This document shows positions 28,911-39,512 of a DNA stretch of 64,000 bases, piece after piece (within the stretch, counting starts at the first letter, position 1; each line of letters begins with the position of its first letter). Below the pieces are notes generated by a model. The model did not search any database. It had not been told where the DNA came from and saw only the letters and a program-made list of their open reading frames with translations. Both the position numbers and the translations under genes were made by a program. Source of the stretch: an uncultured delta proteobacterium (GTDB lineage Bacteria > Desulfobacterota > Binatia > Binatales > Binataceae); contig CAWCDG010000004.1 in assembly GCA_963794325.1 (NCBI GenBank), forward strand, positions 1,792,001 through 1,856,000, given 5' to 3'.

Positions 28911-30237
28911 CCAACCACCCCGACCATGCTGGACAGGAATCATTGCCATTACCCTCCGTCAAAGCGGAAATAATTTTCCGGTTAGCAACCAACACTATAT
29001 AGATTCGCGAGTTGTGCGCGCGCGTCGAGCTGAACGCGAGGTAGCGTCCGTCGGGCGACCAGCTCGGGTATTCGTTGGAGCCGTTGCCATCGGTCACTTG
29101 CGTCGGATCGCCGCCGCCGGTGGGAATCGTCCAGATGTCGAAGCGGCCGCTCTCGCGCCTCTGGTACGCGAGCTTGTCGCCCTTGGGCGAGAACGCGGGC
29201 GTCGTATTGTAATCGCCGCTGTAGGTGATGCGCTTGGGCGAGCCGCCCGACAAACTCATCACGTAGATTTGCGGCGTCCCCGAGCGATCCGAGGTAAACG
29301 CCATCTTCGCACCGTCCGGTGAAATCGCGGGACTCACGTTGATTCCTGACGTATCGGTGAGCTGGCGGATTTCGCCGCCGTCGCGCGTGAGCAGAAACAG
29401 ATTGGTGATTCCGTTGCGCTCGATGGCTGCGACGATTTGCTCGCCGTCGGGCGAGAGCGTCCCGCCGATCACGCGGCCGTGCGGGCTGGTGATCCTCATT
29501 TCGGTCCGTCCCTTGAGGTCCACCAGGTAAAGCGCGGGCTCCATGCTTTTGTACGAGAGGTACAGCACATGGCTGGTGCTTCGGTCGAAACTCGGGAACA
29601 GATTGATGGTCGGATTGCTGGTCAACTTGACCAAATCCTGGCCGTCGACCGACTGCATAAAAATTTCCTTGAAGCGCCCACCGCCGGTCGAGACGAACGC
29701 GAGGTTGGAATCGAACGGACCCTTCTGCCCGGTCGCAGCCTCAAGGATCGCATCGGCGAATTTCCGTGCCATCCGCGGAACCTCGCCGGCGTCGTTGTCG
29801 CTGTAAGTCTTACCCATCATCCGCCGCTGCTGCGCGACGTCGTAAAGGTAAGCGGTCAATTTTACGCCGCCGCCACTCGCATTGACGGAGCCCTTCACCA
29901 GAAAGTCGGCGTTGATCGATCGCCAGTCGGCGAAATTGAACTGCCCCAGCTCGAAGCCCGACGATTGCGGATCCTCGATGTATGCGTGCGGATCGAGCAG
30001 CCGGAAATATCCCGAGAGCTCGAGGTCGCGGCGCAGCGTGCCGACGAACGCGTTGGCGATGCGATGGTCGTCGTCGCCGCCGAGGTTCTTCAGTCCCGAC
30101 ACCGCGATCGGCGAGAGCTGTCCGCCCGGGCCCGTAATATTAATTACAATGGGCGCCGCATCGGCGGCAGACTGTGCCAGCGCCAGCGCGAAGACGATCG
30201 CGCAGATGAGCGCAGAAGCGCGAATTGCCTGCTTCAT
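28903..30237 (-). CDS. tolB: Tol-Pal beta-propeller protein
   Basis: Signal peptide, TolB_N (DLELSGYF) and PD40 repeats (SPDG). Confidence 0.93.
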   Translation of the reverse strand: MKQAIRASALICAIVFALALAQSAADAAPIVINITGPGGQLSPIAVSGLKNLGGDDDHRIANAFVGTLRRDLELSGYFRLLDPHAYIEDPQSSGFELGQFNFADWRSINADFLVKGSVNASGGGVKLTAYLYDVAQQRRMMGKTYSDNDAGEVPRMARKFADAILEAATGQKGPFDSNLAFVSTGGGRFKEIFMQSVDGQDLVKLTSNPTINLFPSFDRSTSHVLYLSYKSMEPALYLVDLKGRTEMRITSPHGRVIGGTLSPDGEQIVAAIERNGITNLFLLTRDGGEIRQLTDTSGINVSPAISPDGAKMAFTSDRSGTPQIYVMSLSGGSPKRITYSGDYNTTPAFSPKGDKLAYQRRESGRFDIWTIPTGGGDPTQVTDGNGSNEYPSWSPDGRYLAFSSTRAHNSRIYIVLVANRKIISALTEGNGNDSCPAWSGWLGE

Positions 30238-30314
30238 ACGCTCAGGGCCGGCTCCGAGATTGGGAAATAGGCAGCCAAAAAGATCATCCGCACCTCCTGC
30301 AACATGCCCATCTT

Positions 30315-31439
30315 TCAGGACTTGAGTTCGCCGAGTTGGAACCTGGCTTCGATTCCGGAAGAAAACTCATCACGAAATTTTTCCGGCGGCGCGGGAAATG
30401 GCGCCGCTCGCCGAATCGCGCGGAGCACCGAGTCGTCGAACGCCGAGTCGTTCGAACTCGTGCCGATTTTCAATCCGGTCAGCGTACCGTCAGCACCGAT
30501 CGCAAAATTTACCGTCGCGGTGAGATCGTTCGAGCCGCCGGTAAACGTCCACGCTTTTTTTATCTGATCCTGCACGGTCTTATAGTACAGCAGAAATTCG
30601 GGGTCCTTAAGAATACCAGCGCTACCGTCTCCAGAGCCGATTCCGTAGCCTTTTCCTTCACTCGGCGGGATATTTGCGACGACCGGTCCGCCGCCCGCCG
30701 GGCCTTTGTCGGTCGTGTCGGGCATGTCGGGGTCGTCGTCTCCGTCGTCAGGCGGATTCGCCGCCAGGTCTTTAATATGCTGCGCGAGCAATTGTTGCCG
30801 CAGTTTCTGCATCCGCGCCGCGACGCTGGGCGTTGACGCGACTTTTGCCACGGTCGAGCCGGCCTTCGGCCGAATGCGGGTCCGGTCGGGCGTGGGCTGA
30901 GGCGTAGGGTGTTTTTTCGGCTGCTTGGTAGGCTCGGGCGTCGGTGCGATAGTTGGTTCTTCAGTAGCTTCGATATTTGGTTCCAGCGATGGGCCGGGCT
31001 CGACAGTCGGCTCGGGCGTCGGTTCTACAGTCGGCGCTATAGTTGGCGCGGGCGTCGGTGTCGGTGTTTCAGTCGGCACCTCGGTCGGCTTCGCATTTAT
31101 TTTGAGCGCGTTTGGATCTTCATTGAGCGCGAGTTTTTCCGGCTTCGGCGGCTCGGTCTTGACCTTTGATTCCTCAGGCTTCGGCGCCGAGGGCTTCGAC
31201 TCTTCCGCACGATGCCGGTTGATCCGCGGGAGATGCGTGCCCAGGTCGCCGGCTGGAATGTTATCCACGATCTTTACGGTGTATGAGGGCGGTGCGGCTT
31301 CCTCAGGATGCAAGTATCGCGGCGCAATGAAGAACACGAAAAGGAAAATTGCCGCATGCCCGATCGCAGAGACAAAAATCGCCGCGAAGTATCCGAGGCG
31401 CGACGGATTCTCGTCGCCATTATGGTCCGGTGATGCCAC
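30315..31439 (-). CDS. tolA: TolA/TonB-family protein
   Basis: TM SxxxH motif, Pro/Thr-rich linker and C-terminal FDDSVLRAIRRAAPFP; lies between tolR and tolB. Confidence 0.75.
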   Translation of the reverse strand: MASPDHNGDENPSRLGYFAAIFVSAIGHAAIFLFVFFIAPRYLHPEEAAPPSYTVKIVDNIPAGDLGTHLPRINRHRAEESKPSAPKPEESKVKTEPPKPEKLALNEDPNALKINAKPTEVPTETPTPTPAPTIAPTVEPTPEPTVEPGPSLEPNIEATEEPTIAPTPEPTKQPKKHPTPQPTPDRTRIRPKAGSTVAKVASTPSVAARMQKLRQQLLAQHIKDLAANPPDDGDDDPDMPDTTDKGPAGGGPVVANIPPSEGKGYGIGSGDGSAGILKDPEFLLYYKTVQDQIKKAWTFTGGSNDLTATVNFAIGADGTLTGLKIGTSSNDSAFDDSVLRAIRRAAPFPAPPEKFRDEFSSGIEARFQLGELKS

Positions 31440-31448
31440 GCTCAGCGC

Positions 31449-31892
31449 TCACTTCGCGCCGCCGGTGCTGCCGCCGGTGTCGCCGCTCGGCATCTCCGTC
31501 ACCATCCCGACGTTTTCGATTCCCGCCGCCTTGATCGCCGCCATCGTGCGAATCACCTGGCCGTACGGCACCTGGTCGTCGGCGCGGATAAAGACCTCGC
31601 GGTCAGGACGCTCATTGCCAATCGCCTTGAGCTTGGTCGTCAAATCATCGGCTGAGAGCTTCGCGTCGTTGAGATAGATCTGGCTGTCTTTCGTGATCGA
31701 TACGACGAACTGTTCTTCCTTGCCGGGCAGCGCTTCTGCCTTGACGCTTGGCAATGTGACCTCGACGCCCTGCTGGATGATCGGCGCCGTCACCATGAAG
31801 ATGACCAGCAACACGAGCATCACGTCCACCAGCGGCGTGACGTTGATCTGCGAAACCATTTGCCCGCGCCCCGATCCTGAATCCATTGCCAT
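31449..31892 (-). CDS. tolR: TolR
   Basis: INVTPLVDVMLVLLVIFMVTAP and IRAD..VPYG. Confidence 0.93.
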   Translation of the reverse strand: MAMDSGSGRGQMVSQINVTPLVDVMLVLLVIFMVTAPIIQQGVEVTLPSVKAEALPGKEEQFVVSITKDSQIYLNDAKLSADDLTTKLKAIGNERPDREVFIRADDQVPYGQVIRTMAAIKAAGIENVGMVTEMPSGDTGGSTGGAK

Positions 31893-31909
31893 CGGAATTG
31901 CCGTCCTGT

Positions 31910-32623
31910 TTAGGAAAGGAAATGACGCTCGGCGATATTCAAAAATTCGGAAGTGAAGTTGTCCATCTCGGTCGCGAGCACTCGTATCCGCGCGGTGAAG
32001 TAGTTGTAGAACATCTGCGAGGGTATCGCGGCGACCAGGCCGACCGCGGTTGTGATCAGCGCCTCAGCGATTCCCGGCGCGACTGCCTGGATACTCGACG
32101 TATGCGACGCGGACAGGCCCAGGAACGCCGTCATGATTCCCCACACCGTGCCGAACAGTCCGATAAACGGGGCCGACGATCCGGTGGTCGCGAGGAATGT
32201 GATTCCCGATTCGAGCTTGGTCAGCTCGACGTTTTCCTGGCGCTTCATCGAGCGCATCACGTTTGCGACACCGCCAAGATCAGTCGAGAAGCCGCTATCC
32301 GAGCCGACTGCCTGGCGCTTGGCGCGTGTCAGTTGCAGCAGTTCCTGGTATCCGGCGCGGAACACCTGTGCGACCGGGCTCCGCTTCAGGCCGACACTCG
32401 CGGTATGAATCGCGGCGAGGTTTTTCGACTCCCAGAAAATCGCGATAAACTTTTCGGACTCGCGCCGGGCCCGCGAAATCTGAATGAGTTTGTAAAGAAT
32501 GATCCCCCAGCTTCCGATCGAAAACGCAACCAGCAGCCACAATACCGCCGCCACGACCGGGCCAGTGCCCAGCACCAATTGCACCACCCCAAACCCGCCA
32601 GCACCGCTCACCTGATGGAGCAT
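31910..32623 (-). CDS. tolQ: TolQ
   Basis: APFIGLFGTVWGIM and VAPGIAEALITTAVGL. Confidence 0.94.
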   Translation of the reverse strand: MLHQVSGAGGFGVVQLVLGTGPVVAAVLWLLVAFSIGSWGIILYKLIQISRARRESEKFIAIFWESKNLAAIHTASVGLKRSPVAQVFRAGYQELLQLTRAKRQAVGSDSGFSTDLGGVANVMRSMKRQENVELTKLESGITFLATTGSSAPFIGLFGTVWGIMTAFLGLSASHTSSIQAVAPGIAEALITTAVGLVAAIPSQMFYNYFTARIRVLATEMDNFTSEFLNIAERHFLS

Positions 32624-32715
32624 AAAACCGCCATGAGACCCAAGAATCGCACCATTATACGGGTATCAGCCGAGCCAAAACCAGTGAGCCCGCGGGAAGG
32701 TGAATGGAACACATA

Positions 32716-32819
32716 TATTAAACGTGAAACCCCTCCGTGGGTTTCACACTTCCTTGGGCAGGGTTAAACCCTGCACCTTAGAATTAAGAAAAGATGCGGG
32801 ACTTCGTCCCTGTTAGAAG
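32716..32819 (+). repeat. Multi-hairpin dispersed element, copy 2 (tail A)
   Basis: Hairpin 2 is covaried to GCAGGGT-TAA-ACCCTGC; 28-nt tail identical to copy 1. Confidence 0.85.
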
Positions 32820-32930
32820 TGTTTTCTTGTCATTTTTGAGCGAAGCGAGGCCTCTCAGCACCTCTTTCTACCTCGCCAAGTAAGCTGCTGGCGACCAAGT
32901 CGCCAACAGCGGGAAACATCCCCCAACTAG

Positions 32931-33029
32931 TTCTAACAGGGACGAAGTCCCGCATCTTCTATACTGGGTGCAGGGGTCACCCCTGCCCAGGAAAGCGTGA
33001 AAACCACGGTGGTTTTCACTTTCAATTAA
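32931..33029 (-). repeat. Multi-hairpin dispersed element, copy 3 (tail A, inverted)
   Basis: Reverse complement reads GTGAAAACCA-CCG-TGGTTTTCAC...GCAGGGGTGACCCCTGCACCC...AAGATGCGGGACTTCGTCCCTGTTAGAA. Confidence 0.85.
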
Positions 33030-33130
33030 GTGATTTACCCCCAGCCCACTGCATTCGCGTGCCTTCTCGGCGTAGAATCTGTACATCGTGCCTGGACTTA
33101 TCTAAGGTTCGGCATCGGAGGATTCGAGCG

Positions 33131-34135
33131 GTGGCGATAAAAGTCGGGATTAATGGATTCGGCCGGATCGGCAGGATGTTCCTGCGGGCGGCGCTGACCA
33201 AAAAAGACATCGAAGTCGTCGCCGTCAACGACATTACCGACGCGCCCACGCTGGCGCATCTGCTCAAGTACGATTCGATACACGGCAAGCTTCGCCACGA
33301 GGTCAAGGTTGAAGGCGGGACTATTTTTCTCGACGGCAAGCCGCTGCAGGTGCTCGCCGAACGCGACCCGGCCAAGTTGCCGTGGAACAAGCTTGGGGTG
33401 CAGGTCGTCATCGAATCGACGGGACTGTTCACCGCGCGCGACAAAGCCGCGTCGCATCTCAATGCCGGCGCCAAGAAAGTCGTGATCAGTGCTCCTGCCG
33501 ATGGCGCCGACGTGACGCTATGCCTTGGCGTCAACCAGAATGCGTACGATCCGAAGAAGCATGACGTGATTTCCAACGCGTCGTGCACTACCAACTGCCT
33601 CGCGCCGATCGGCAAAGTCTTGCACGAGAGCTTCGGTATCGTTCACGGGTTGATGACGACGGTGCACAGCTACACGTCGGATCAGATGCTGCAGGACGGG
33701 CCGCATAAGGATTTGCGACGCGCGCGCGCCGCCGGCGTGTCGATGATTCCGACGTCGACGGGCGCCGCCAAGGCGATTGGACTTGTGCTGCCCGCGCTCA
33801 ACGGCAAGCTTGACGGAATCGCGATTCGAGTGCCGACGGCGAACGTTTCGCTCGTCGATCTGACCGCGACGCTCGAAAAGGACGCCGAGGTGAAGTCCGT
33901 TAACGCTGCGATGAAGGCGGCGGCGGACGGTGCGCTCAAGGGGATTCTCGAATACAGCGAGGCGCCGCTCGTATCTGTCGATCTGAACGGCAACCCGCAT
34001 TCGTCGATTTTCGACGCGCCTCTGACCAAGGTCGTCGGCAAGCGGCTGGTAAAAGTATTTTCGTGGTACGACAACGAATGGGGCTACTCGAACCGCCTCG
34101 CGGACATCGCCGCGTTCGTCGCAGATAAGCTGTAG
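33131..34135 (+). CDS. gap: Glyceraldehyde-3-phosphate dehydrogenase, type I
   Basis: [20 protein letters not shown] and WYDNEWGYS; GTG start with GGAGG. Confidence 0.97.
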   Translation: MAIKVGINGFGRIGRMFLRAALTKKDIEVVAVNDITDAPTLAHLLKYDSIHGKLRHEVKVEGGTIFLDGKPLQVLAERDPAKLPWNKLGVQVVIESTGLFTARDKAASHLNAGAKKVVISAPADGADVTLCLGVNQNAYDPKKHDVISNASCTTNCLAPIGKVLHESFGIVHGLMTTVHSYTSDQMLQDGPHKDLRRARAAGVSMIPTSTGAAKAIGLVLPALNGKLDGIAIRVPTANVSLVDLTATLEKDAEVKSVNAAMKAAADGALKGILEYSEAPLVSVDLNGNPHSSIFDAPLTKVVGKRLVKVFSWYDNEWGYSNRLADIAAFVADKL

Positions 34136-34273
34136 TGCGGGTCAGTGAGCTGTAGAGCCTCGCCAAGTCGCATTCTTCGGCTGATTTGCCCCTCAAGGTC
34201 AAATTTAGTACGGAGGAAGGTTCCGCTTCGCCGATAACAAGGGCGGCGGGACACTCAAGCCAAGGAGACTCAA

Positions 34274-34561
34274 ATGCCGCTGTACCTGATCGAGAGAAAT
34301 TTTGCCGAGCAACTGAACGTAAACCCTGAGATCGCCGCGGCAGTTTGCGAAGTCAATGCGCGCGTCGGAATCGAATGGATTTACTCTTTCCTGAGCGCAG
34401 ACAAGAAGAAGACGTACTGCCTGTACGAGGCGCCCAATCCGGAAGCTATCCGCGAAGCGGCGCGCAAGCTGGACATCCCGGCCGATGTGATCATCGAACT
34501 GGGGGAATCGCGGCTCAACCCGAGTTCGCCGACCGTGATGTCGCCGACCCGCGGCTCGTGA
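34274..34561 (+). CDS. DUF4242 (SCO4226-like) protein
   Basis: MPLYLIER...SFLSADKKKTYCLYEAPNPEAIREAA pattern; AAGGAG RBS. Confidence 0.8.
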   Translation: MPLYLIERNFAEQLNVNPEIAAAVCEVNARVGIEWIYSFLSADKKKTYCLYEAPNPEAIREAARKLDIPADVIIELGESRLNPSSPTVMSPTRGS

Positions 34562-34570
34562 TCGATCGCG

Positions 34571-37500
34571 CTAGTTTGAGTCGGTCTTCATCTGCGCGAT
34601 AGCGGCCGTGACGCGCTCTTCGAGGGTTCGCATTCCAAGTTCACGCGCTGTTGCGAGCGCCGCATCGAGCAGCGCAGCGGCCTTGTCACGGTCGCCCGAA
34701 TCGGCGCGAGCGAGGAGCATCGCGGCGTACTGCGCCTGGGTGTGAGTGAGCCAGACGCGCGCGTCCATGCGGGCGTTCATCGCGAGTGCGTCTTCGAAAT
34801 GGCGCGCTGCGTCATCCCATCGCTCGAGAGTGGCAGCCAACGCGCCGAGGTATCGAGAGAGGGCGCCGTAGCAGGCCGCGCCGTTGCTCACGACTACATT
34901 GCGCCCGGCGAATGGCAGCAGAATATTGTACAGCGTTTCGGCGCGGCCCCTGTCCTTCAGAAAGGTGCAGACGTCAGCGAGGTAGGACATGGTTCCCATC
35001 CACATCGCATCGCGGGGCAGATCGGCGAAGTCATGTTGCGCAAGCGTTTCGAATTCGGCGCGCGCCTCTGTTGTCCGCGCGAGCTCGGCGTAGATCACCG
35101 CCAAGCCGGGGCGCCACGCGGCCGCAGCTGAATGCTGCTGGAGAAAGAGCCGGACCATGGGCTCGACTTGTCTGAGCCCGCCCTGCTCGCGGCGCAGCGC
35201 AAACATCTGCAGGCCAAAAGCTCCGGCCGCAGTTTCCAGTTGCAAACGCTGTCCAATCGCCAGCGCTTGCTGAGCGAGGCGCTCGCTGTCCTCGAAGCGG
35301 CCGCGCATCAAGGCCCGCATGGCCCGAAACATTGTGGCGATGGAGAGATAAAAGGGTTGATTGGTCTCTTCCGCCCATCGTTCCCATAGGTCCAATTCCC
35401 GGTCGGCCGCCGCGACATCTCCCAACTCGAGCAGGCAATACCCGCGATGCCAAGTTCCATCGGCATGCAACTCCAGGTTATTCGCAGTCGTTGCAAGGTC
35501 GAGCACTTCTGTTGTGAGCGCGAGCCTCGCTTCGGCGTGCTCCGGCCCCATGAGGGCGAAGGACATTGCGAGCAGGCTGTAGGCGACCAGATCCGGATCG
35601 CCAAAGCTTCGGGCCATCGCGAGCGCCTGCGGCGCGTACACCATCAGTTTTTTCCGCTCGCCGGTGACCCCCAGATAGTGTGCCAGGCCGGCGAGCGTCC
35701 TCGCTTTGAGGGGGCTGTCATCCGTTCCGAGTCTCTGTAGCGCTTCCTCGAGCAGGCCGACCGTTCCCGGTACGGGAAGACCGACGCTGTTCGTCATACG
35801 TACGAGTTTCAGTGCGGCACTGATCAGGCTCTCGGTTGACCCCAGTGCTTGGGCTACTTTGGCAGCACCCAGAAGCGTTTCCCCCGCATCCAGGAATTCG
35901 CCCGCCTTCCATTGCGCTTGACCCAGTGCAAACAGGAGCGAGTAACGCTGAGCTTCGTCCACGGAACGATTGCGGTCAGGCGATTCGGGGATCTTCCCGA
36001 GCAGTTCAAGCCCCTTCTTGAGATGGGCGATCGCTTCGAGGTTTGCCCAGCGCTGAAGGGCTCGGTCGCCGGCCCGTTGCCAGTGGGGAACCGCCTCCAA
36101 TCCGCGGCCCGCTTCTGTGTAATGATGTGCAATCAACTCCGGTTGAGTCTCCACCACCTCGGGGAATTGAGCTTCAAGCACGCGCGCAACGCGTTCGTGC
36201 AAAACTCTGCGCCGCTCCATCAACGCCGAGCCCGACGCGACTTGCTGCGACAGCGCATGCTTGAAGACGTACGCGATGTCGGCAACGGCCGGTTGCTCGT
36301 AGATGAACTCGGCCATCTGCAGCTCCGAGAGCAGCCGCTGCAACTCTTCGTCGGACTTGCCCGAGACTTCTCTGACCAGCCGGAACGGGAATTCCTTGCC
36401 AATCACCGCGAGCGTCTGCAGCAGATCTTTCTGATCGGGCGTCAGCCGATCGATGCGCGAGGCCAGCACCGCCTGCACCGTTGACGGGATTTGAATCGTG
36501 CCCAGAGATTTGGCGAGCTTGACTGCGCCGTTGCGCACCAGGGCGGCTTGCTCGAACAGCGCCTGGACGATCTCTTCCATGAAAAACGGGTTGCCCTCGG
36601 TCTTTTCGATGATCAGTCGCTTGAGCGGCGCCAGCTCGGGACCGTTATCAAGCAACGCCCGCAACATCTCCTCACCACTGTCGGCGCTGAGCGGGTCAAG
36701 CCGGAGCTGCGTGTAGTAGGTCTTGTTGTTCCAGTTGTGGGTGAACTCAGGCCGATAGTTCACCAACATCATGAGTCGCGCGGTACCGATCGAATCGGCG
36801 AGCAGGTTCAGCAGCGCTCGGGAGCCATCGTCGAGCCAGTGCAGGTCCTCGAAGATCACGACCAGCGGCTGATTCAGGCTTTCGCGCAGCAACAGCCGCT
36901 TGATGGCGTCGAGCGTGCGCCGCCGCCTGGTTTCGGGGTCGATCTGTACCAGCTGATCGTCGCTCTCCGCGACTTCCAGCAGCGTAAAGATATAAGGCAG
37001 GATGTCTTCCAGCGTCCGATCCAGGATCAGTATCTTTCCCGCGATTTTCTCGCGGCGCCGGCGCGCGTCGTCATCCGGACCGATGTCGAAGTAGTTCTTG
37101 AGCAAGTCTATCAATGGCAGGTACGCCGAGGCCTTCCCGTGCGAAACGGATAACGTCTCGAGCACCAGGCATCCCGGGGGCATGACCGCCTGGAATTCAA
37201 AGAAGAGGCGCGATTTGCCGACCCCGGCCTCGCCCATCGCGGCGACTATTTGACCGCGCCCGCTCTTTGCGAGTTCGAGCGCCCGCTTCATCTGCGCAAT
37301 TTCGGGGTCACGGCCGACGAATTTCGAGAGCCCGCGCCGCGCCGACGCCTGCAAACGAGTGCGCAGCGGGCCGAGCCCGGTCACCTCGTGGACGGTTACC
37401 GCCTCGCTGACGCCCTTTACCCGCGTGGGACCGAGTGAACGGAAGGTAAAGTAGCCCTCGCAGAGCTTGCGCGTTTCCTCGGTCGCGGCGATCGAGCCGG

Positions 37501-38176
37501 TCGGCGCAACCGTCTGCATCCGCGACGCCAGGTTGTTGGTATGACCGATCGGGGTGTACTCAGCGTGGCCCGCAGCCGTCTGAATCGCGCGAACCACGAC
37601 TTCACCGGTGTTCACCCCGATCCGGATCTCGATCGGAGCGCCGCCCCGCTCGCGCAGCGTAGCCGCGTAACGGCGGAGGTCCTCTTGCATCCGCAGAGCC
37701 GCGTAGAGTCCGCGTTGAGGATGGTCCTCGTGCGCGAGCGGAGCGCCGAACATCGCGAAGATGCCGTCGCCGGTCGATTGCACCACGTAGCCATCGTATC
37801 GATGCACGGCCGCGATCATCAGCTTCAATGCCGGGTCGACTATTGCGCGAGCCTCTTCAGGATCTAGGTCCTGCTCCAGCTCGGTTGAGCCCTTGATGTC
37901 GGCGAACAGTGCAGTGACTATTTTCCGCTCGCCTTCCGCCGCGCCCAGGTCGGTTGGTTCGGTCGCGATTGGCGCCGATGGAGATGAGGTTGACGAACTG
38001 CGCTCGTTCGATTTCGACTTGCGTACAGTCAGCGGTTCCGCGCACTCCGAACAGAATTTCGCATCAGGCGCGTTCTGACTAGCGCACTTGGGACATACCC
38101 TGCTGAGCGGCGTCGCGCACTGGTTGCAAAACCGCGAGTCCGCTACGTTTTCGATGCCGCACTTGGTGCAACGCAC
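34571..38176 (-). CDS. Zinc-ribbon / class III cyclase / AAA ATPase / TPR-like protein
   Basis: N-terminal CxxC repeats, LFADIKGST, TGDG, GEAGVGKS (Walker A), FEDLHW, GNPFF and helical repeats. Confidence 0.9.
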   Translation of the reverse strand: MRCTKCGIENVADSRFCNQCATPLSRVCPKCASQNAPDAKFCSECAEPLTVRKSKSNERSSSTSSPSAPIATEPTDLGAAEGERKIVTALFADIKGSTELEQDLDPEEARAIVDPALKLMIAAVHRYDGYVVQSTGDGIFAMFGAPLAHEDHPQRGLYAALRMQEDLRRYAATLRERGGAPIEIRIGVNTGEVVVRAIQTAAGHAEYTPIGHTNNLASRMQTVAPTGSIAATEETRKLCEGYFTFRSLGPTRVKGVSEAVTVHEVTGLGPLRTRLQASARRGLSKFVGRDPEIAQMKRALELAKSGRGQIVAAMGEAGVGKSRLFFEFQAVMPPGCLVLETLSVSHGKASAYLPLIDLLKNYFDIGPDDDARRRREKIAGKILILDRTLEDILPYIFTLLEVAESDDQLVQIDPETRRRRTLDAIKRLLLRESLNQPLVVIFEDLHWLDDGSRALLNLLADSIGTARLMMLVNYRPEFTHNWNNKTYYTQLRLDPLSADSGEEMLRALLDNGPELAPLKRLIIEKTEGNPFFMEEIVQALFEQAALVRNGAVKLAKSLGTIQIPSTVQAVLASRIDRLTPDQKDLLQTLAVIGKEFPFRLVREVSGKSDEELQRLLSELQMAEFIYEQPAVADIAYVFKHALSQQVASGSALMERRRVLHERVARVLEAQFPEVVETQPELIAHHYTEAGRGLEAVPHWQRAGDRALQRWANLEAIAHLKKGLELLGKIPESPDRNRSVDEAQRYSLLFALGQAQWKAGEFLDAGETLLGAAKVAQALGSTESLISAALKLVRMTNSVGLPVPGTVGLLEEALQRLGTDDSPLKARTLAGLAHYLGVTGERKKLMVYAPQALAMARSFGDPDLVAYSLLAMSFALMGPEHAEARLALTTEVLDLATTANNLELHADGTWHRGYCLLELGDVAAADRELDLWERWAEETNQPFYLSIATMFRAMRALMRGRFEDSERLAQQALAIGQRLQLETAAGAFGLQMFALRREQGGLRQVEPMVRLFLQQHSAAAAWRPGLAVIYAELARTTEARAEFETLAQHDFADLPRDAMWMGTMSYLADVCTFLKDRGRAETLYNILLPFAGRNVVVSNGAACYGALSRYLGALAATLERWDDAARHFEDALAMNARMDARVWLTHTQAQYAAMLLARADSGDRDKAAALLDAALATARELGMRTLEERVTAAIAQMKTDSN

Positions 38177-38280
38177 TGCTTTACCCTTTCTGAGAGAGCG
38201 ACGGTATCATCGCCGGTCGCCAAGCACTACAAGTCCGCCCGGTAATCGCAAGTTTTCCCGCACCCTGTTAAATTAACCCG

Positions 38281-39456
38281 ATGCCCGTGGTACCGATCAC
38301 CAGCATTCAGTTCCAGGACAAGAAGGTGCTCGTGCGATGCGATTTCAACGTGCCGATCGCCGAGGGCAAGATTCAGGACCCGGCGCGAATCGACGCGAGC
38401 CTCGACACGATTCGCCATATTCTCGGGCATGGCGGGACCGCTGTGCTCTGCTCGCATCTCGGACGTCCGAAGGAGCGTACGGCGGAGCTCAGCCTCAAGC
38501 CGGTCGCCGAGTATCTGAGCATCGCGCTCGCGCAGAAGGTAAAGCTCGCGCCCGATTGTGTCGGCGATCACACCGGCAAAATGATCGAGGCGCTCAAGCC
38601 GGGCGAAGCTATCCTGCTCGAGAATCTTCGCTTTCACAAAGAAGAAGAGGCCAACGATCGCGATTTCTCGCATGAGCTCGCGCGCTACAAGCAGGTCTAT
38701 GTGAACGACGGCTTCGGCACGGCGCATCGCGCTCACGCGTCGACGGTGGGCGTCACCCGATTTCTTGCGGAGCGCGCGGCCGGGTTTCTGATGATGCGCG
38801 AGCTCGACGCGCTGCGGAAGGTCACTGAGAACCCGCAGCATCCATCGGTTGCAATCATGGGGGGCGCAAAGGTTTCCGACAAAATCGGGCTGATCAAAAA
38901 TCTGCTGAACAAAGTTGATTCGATCCTTGTAGGCGGCGCGATGGCGTACACGTTTCTCAAGGCTCAGGGAATCGCGATCGGCCGTTCGCGGGTCGAAGAC
39001 GACAAAGTCGAGCTGGCGAGAGAGCTCCTCGCCGAGGCCGGGCGCAAAGGCGTCAAAATTATTCTGCCGTCGGATCATATCGTCGCGTCCGCTCCCGAAG
39101 CCTCTGCGACGCTTCATACGGTCAGTGAAATCCCGTCCGAAATGATGGGGCTGGATATCGGACCGCAGACTGCCGACGCGTTTATCGCGGAGATCGCACG
39201 CGCCAAGACCGTTATTTGGAACGGGCCGCTCGGATTCTTCGAAATTCCCGCATTCGCGAGCGGTACACTGCGCGTGGGCGAGGCGCTCGCCAACCAGGCC
39301 GGCATCACGTCGATAATCGGCGGAGGCGATACGGCCGCGGCATTCGCACACGCGCCGTGGGCAAGCAAGTTTACGCATATCTCGACCGGAGGCGGCGCGA
39401 CTCTGGAATTTCTGGAAGGCCGCGAGCTGCCGGGCGTGAAAGCGCTCGAAGTCTGA
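38281..39456 (+). CDS. pgk: Phosphoglycerate kinase
   Basis: RCDFNVP, SHLGRP, GGAKVSDK, GGGDT and STGGGA. Confidence 0.97.
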   Translation: MPVVPITSIQFQDKKVLVRCDFNVPIAEGKIQDPARIDASLDTIRHILGHGGTAVLCSHLGRPKERTAELSLKPVAEYLSIALAQKVKLAPDCVGDHTGKMIEALKPGEAILLENLRFHKEEEANDRDFSHELARYKQVYVNDGFGTAHRAHASTVGVTRFLAERAAGFLMMRELDALRKVTENPQHPSVAIMGGAKVSDKIGLIKNLLNKVDSILVGGAMAYTFLKAQGIAIGRSRVEDDKVELARELLAEAGRKGVKIILPSDHIVASAPEASATLHTVSEIPSEMMGLDIGPQTADAFIAEIARAKTVIWNGPLGFFEIPAFASGTLRVGEALANQAGITSIIGGGDTAAAFAHAPWASKFTHISTGGGATLEFLEGRELPGVKALEV

Positions 39457-39512
39457 TACGGCAGACGCTCCGGCAGAGTCTGGCAAAGGGTCCGTGCGGC
39501 GATTGACGGTAT

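Noticed and set aside
30880-31090. Pro-Thr tandem low-complexity tract
   Set aside because: Ordinary periplasm-spanning linker of TolA/TonB.
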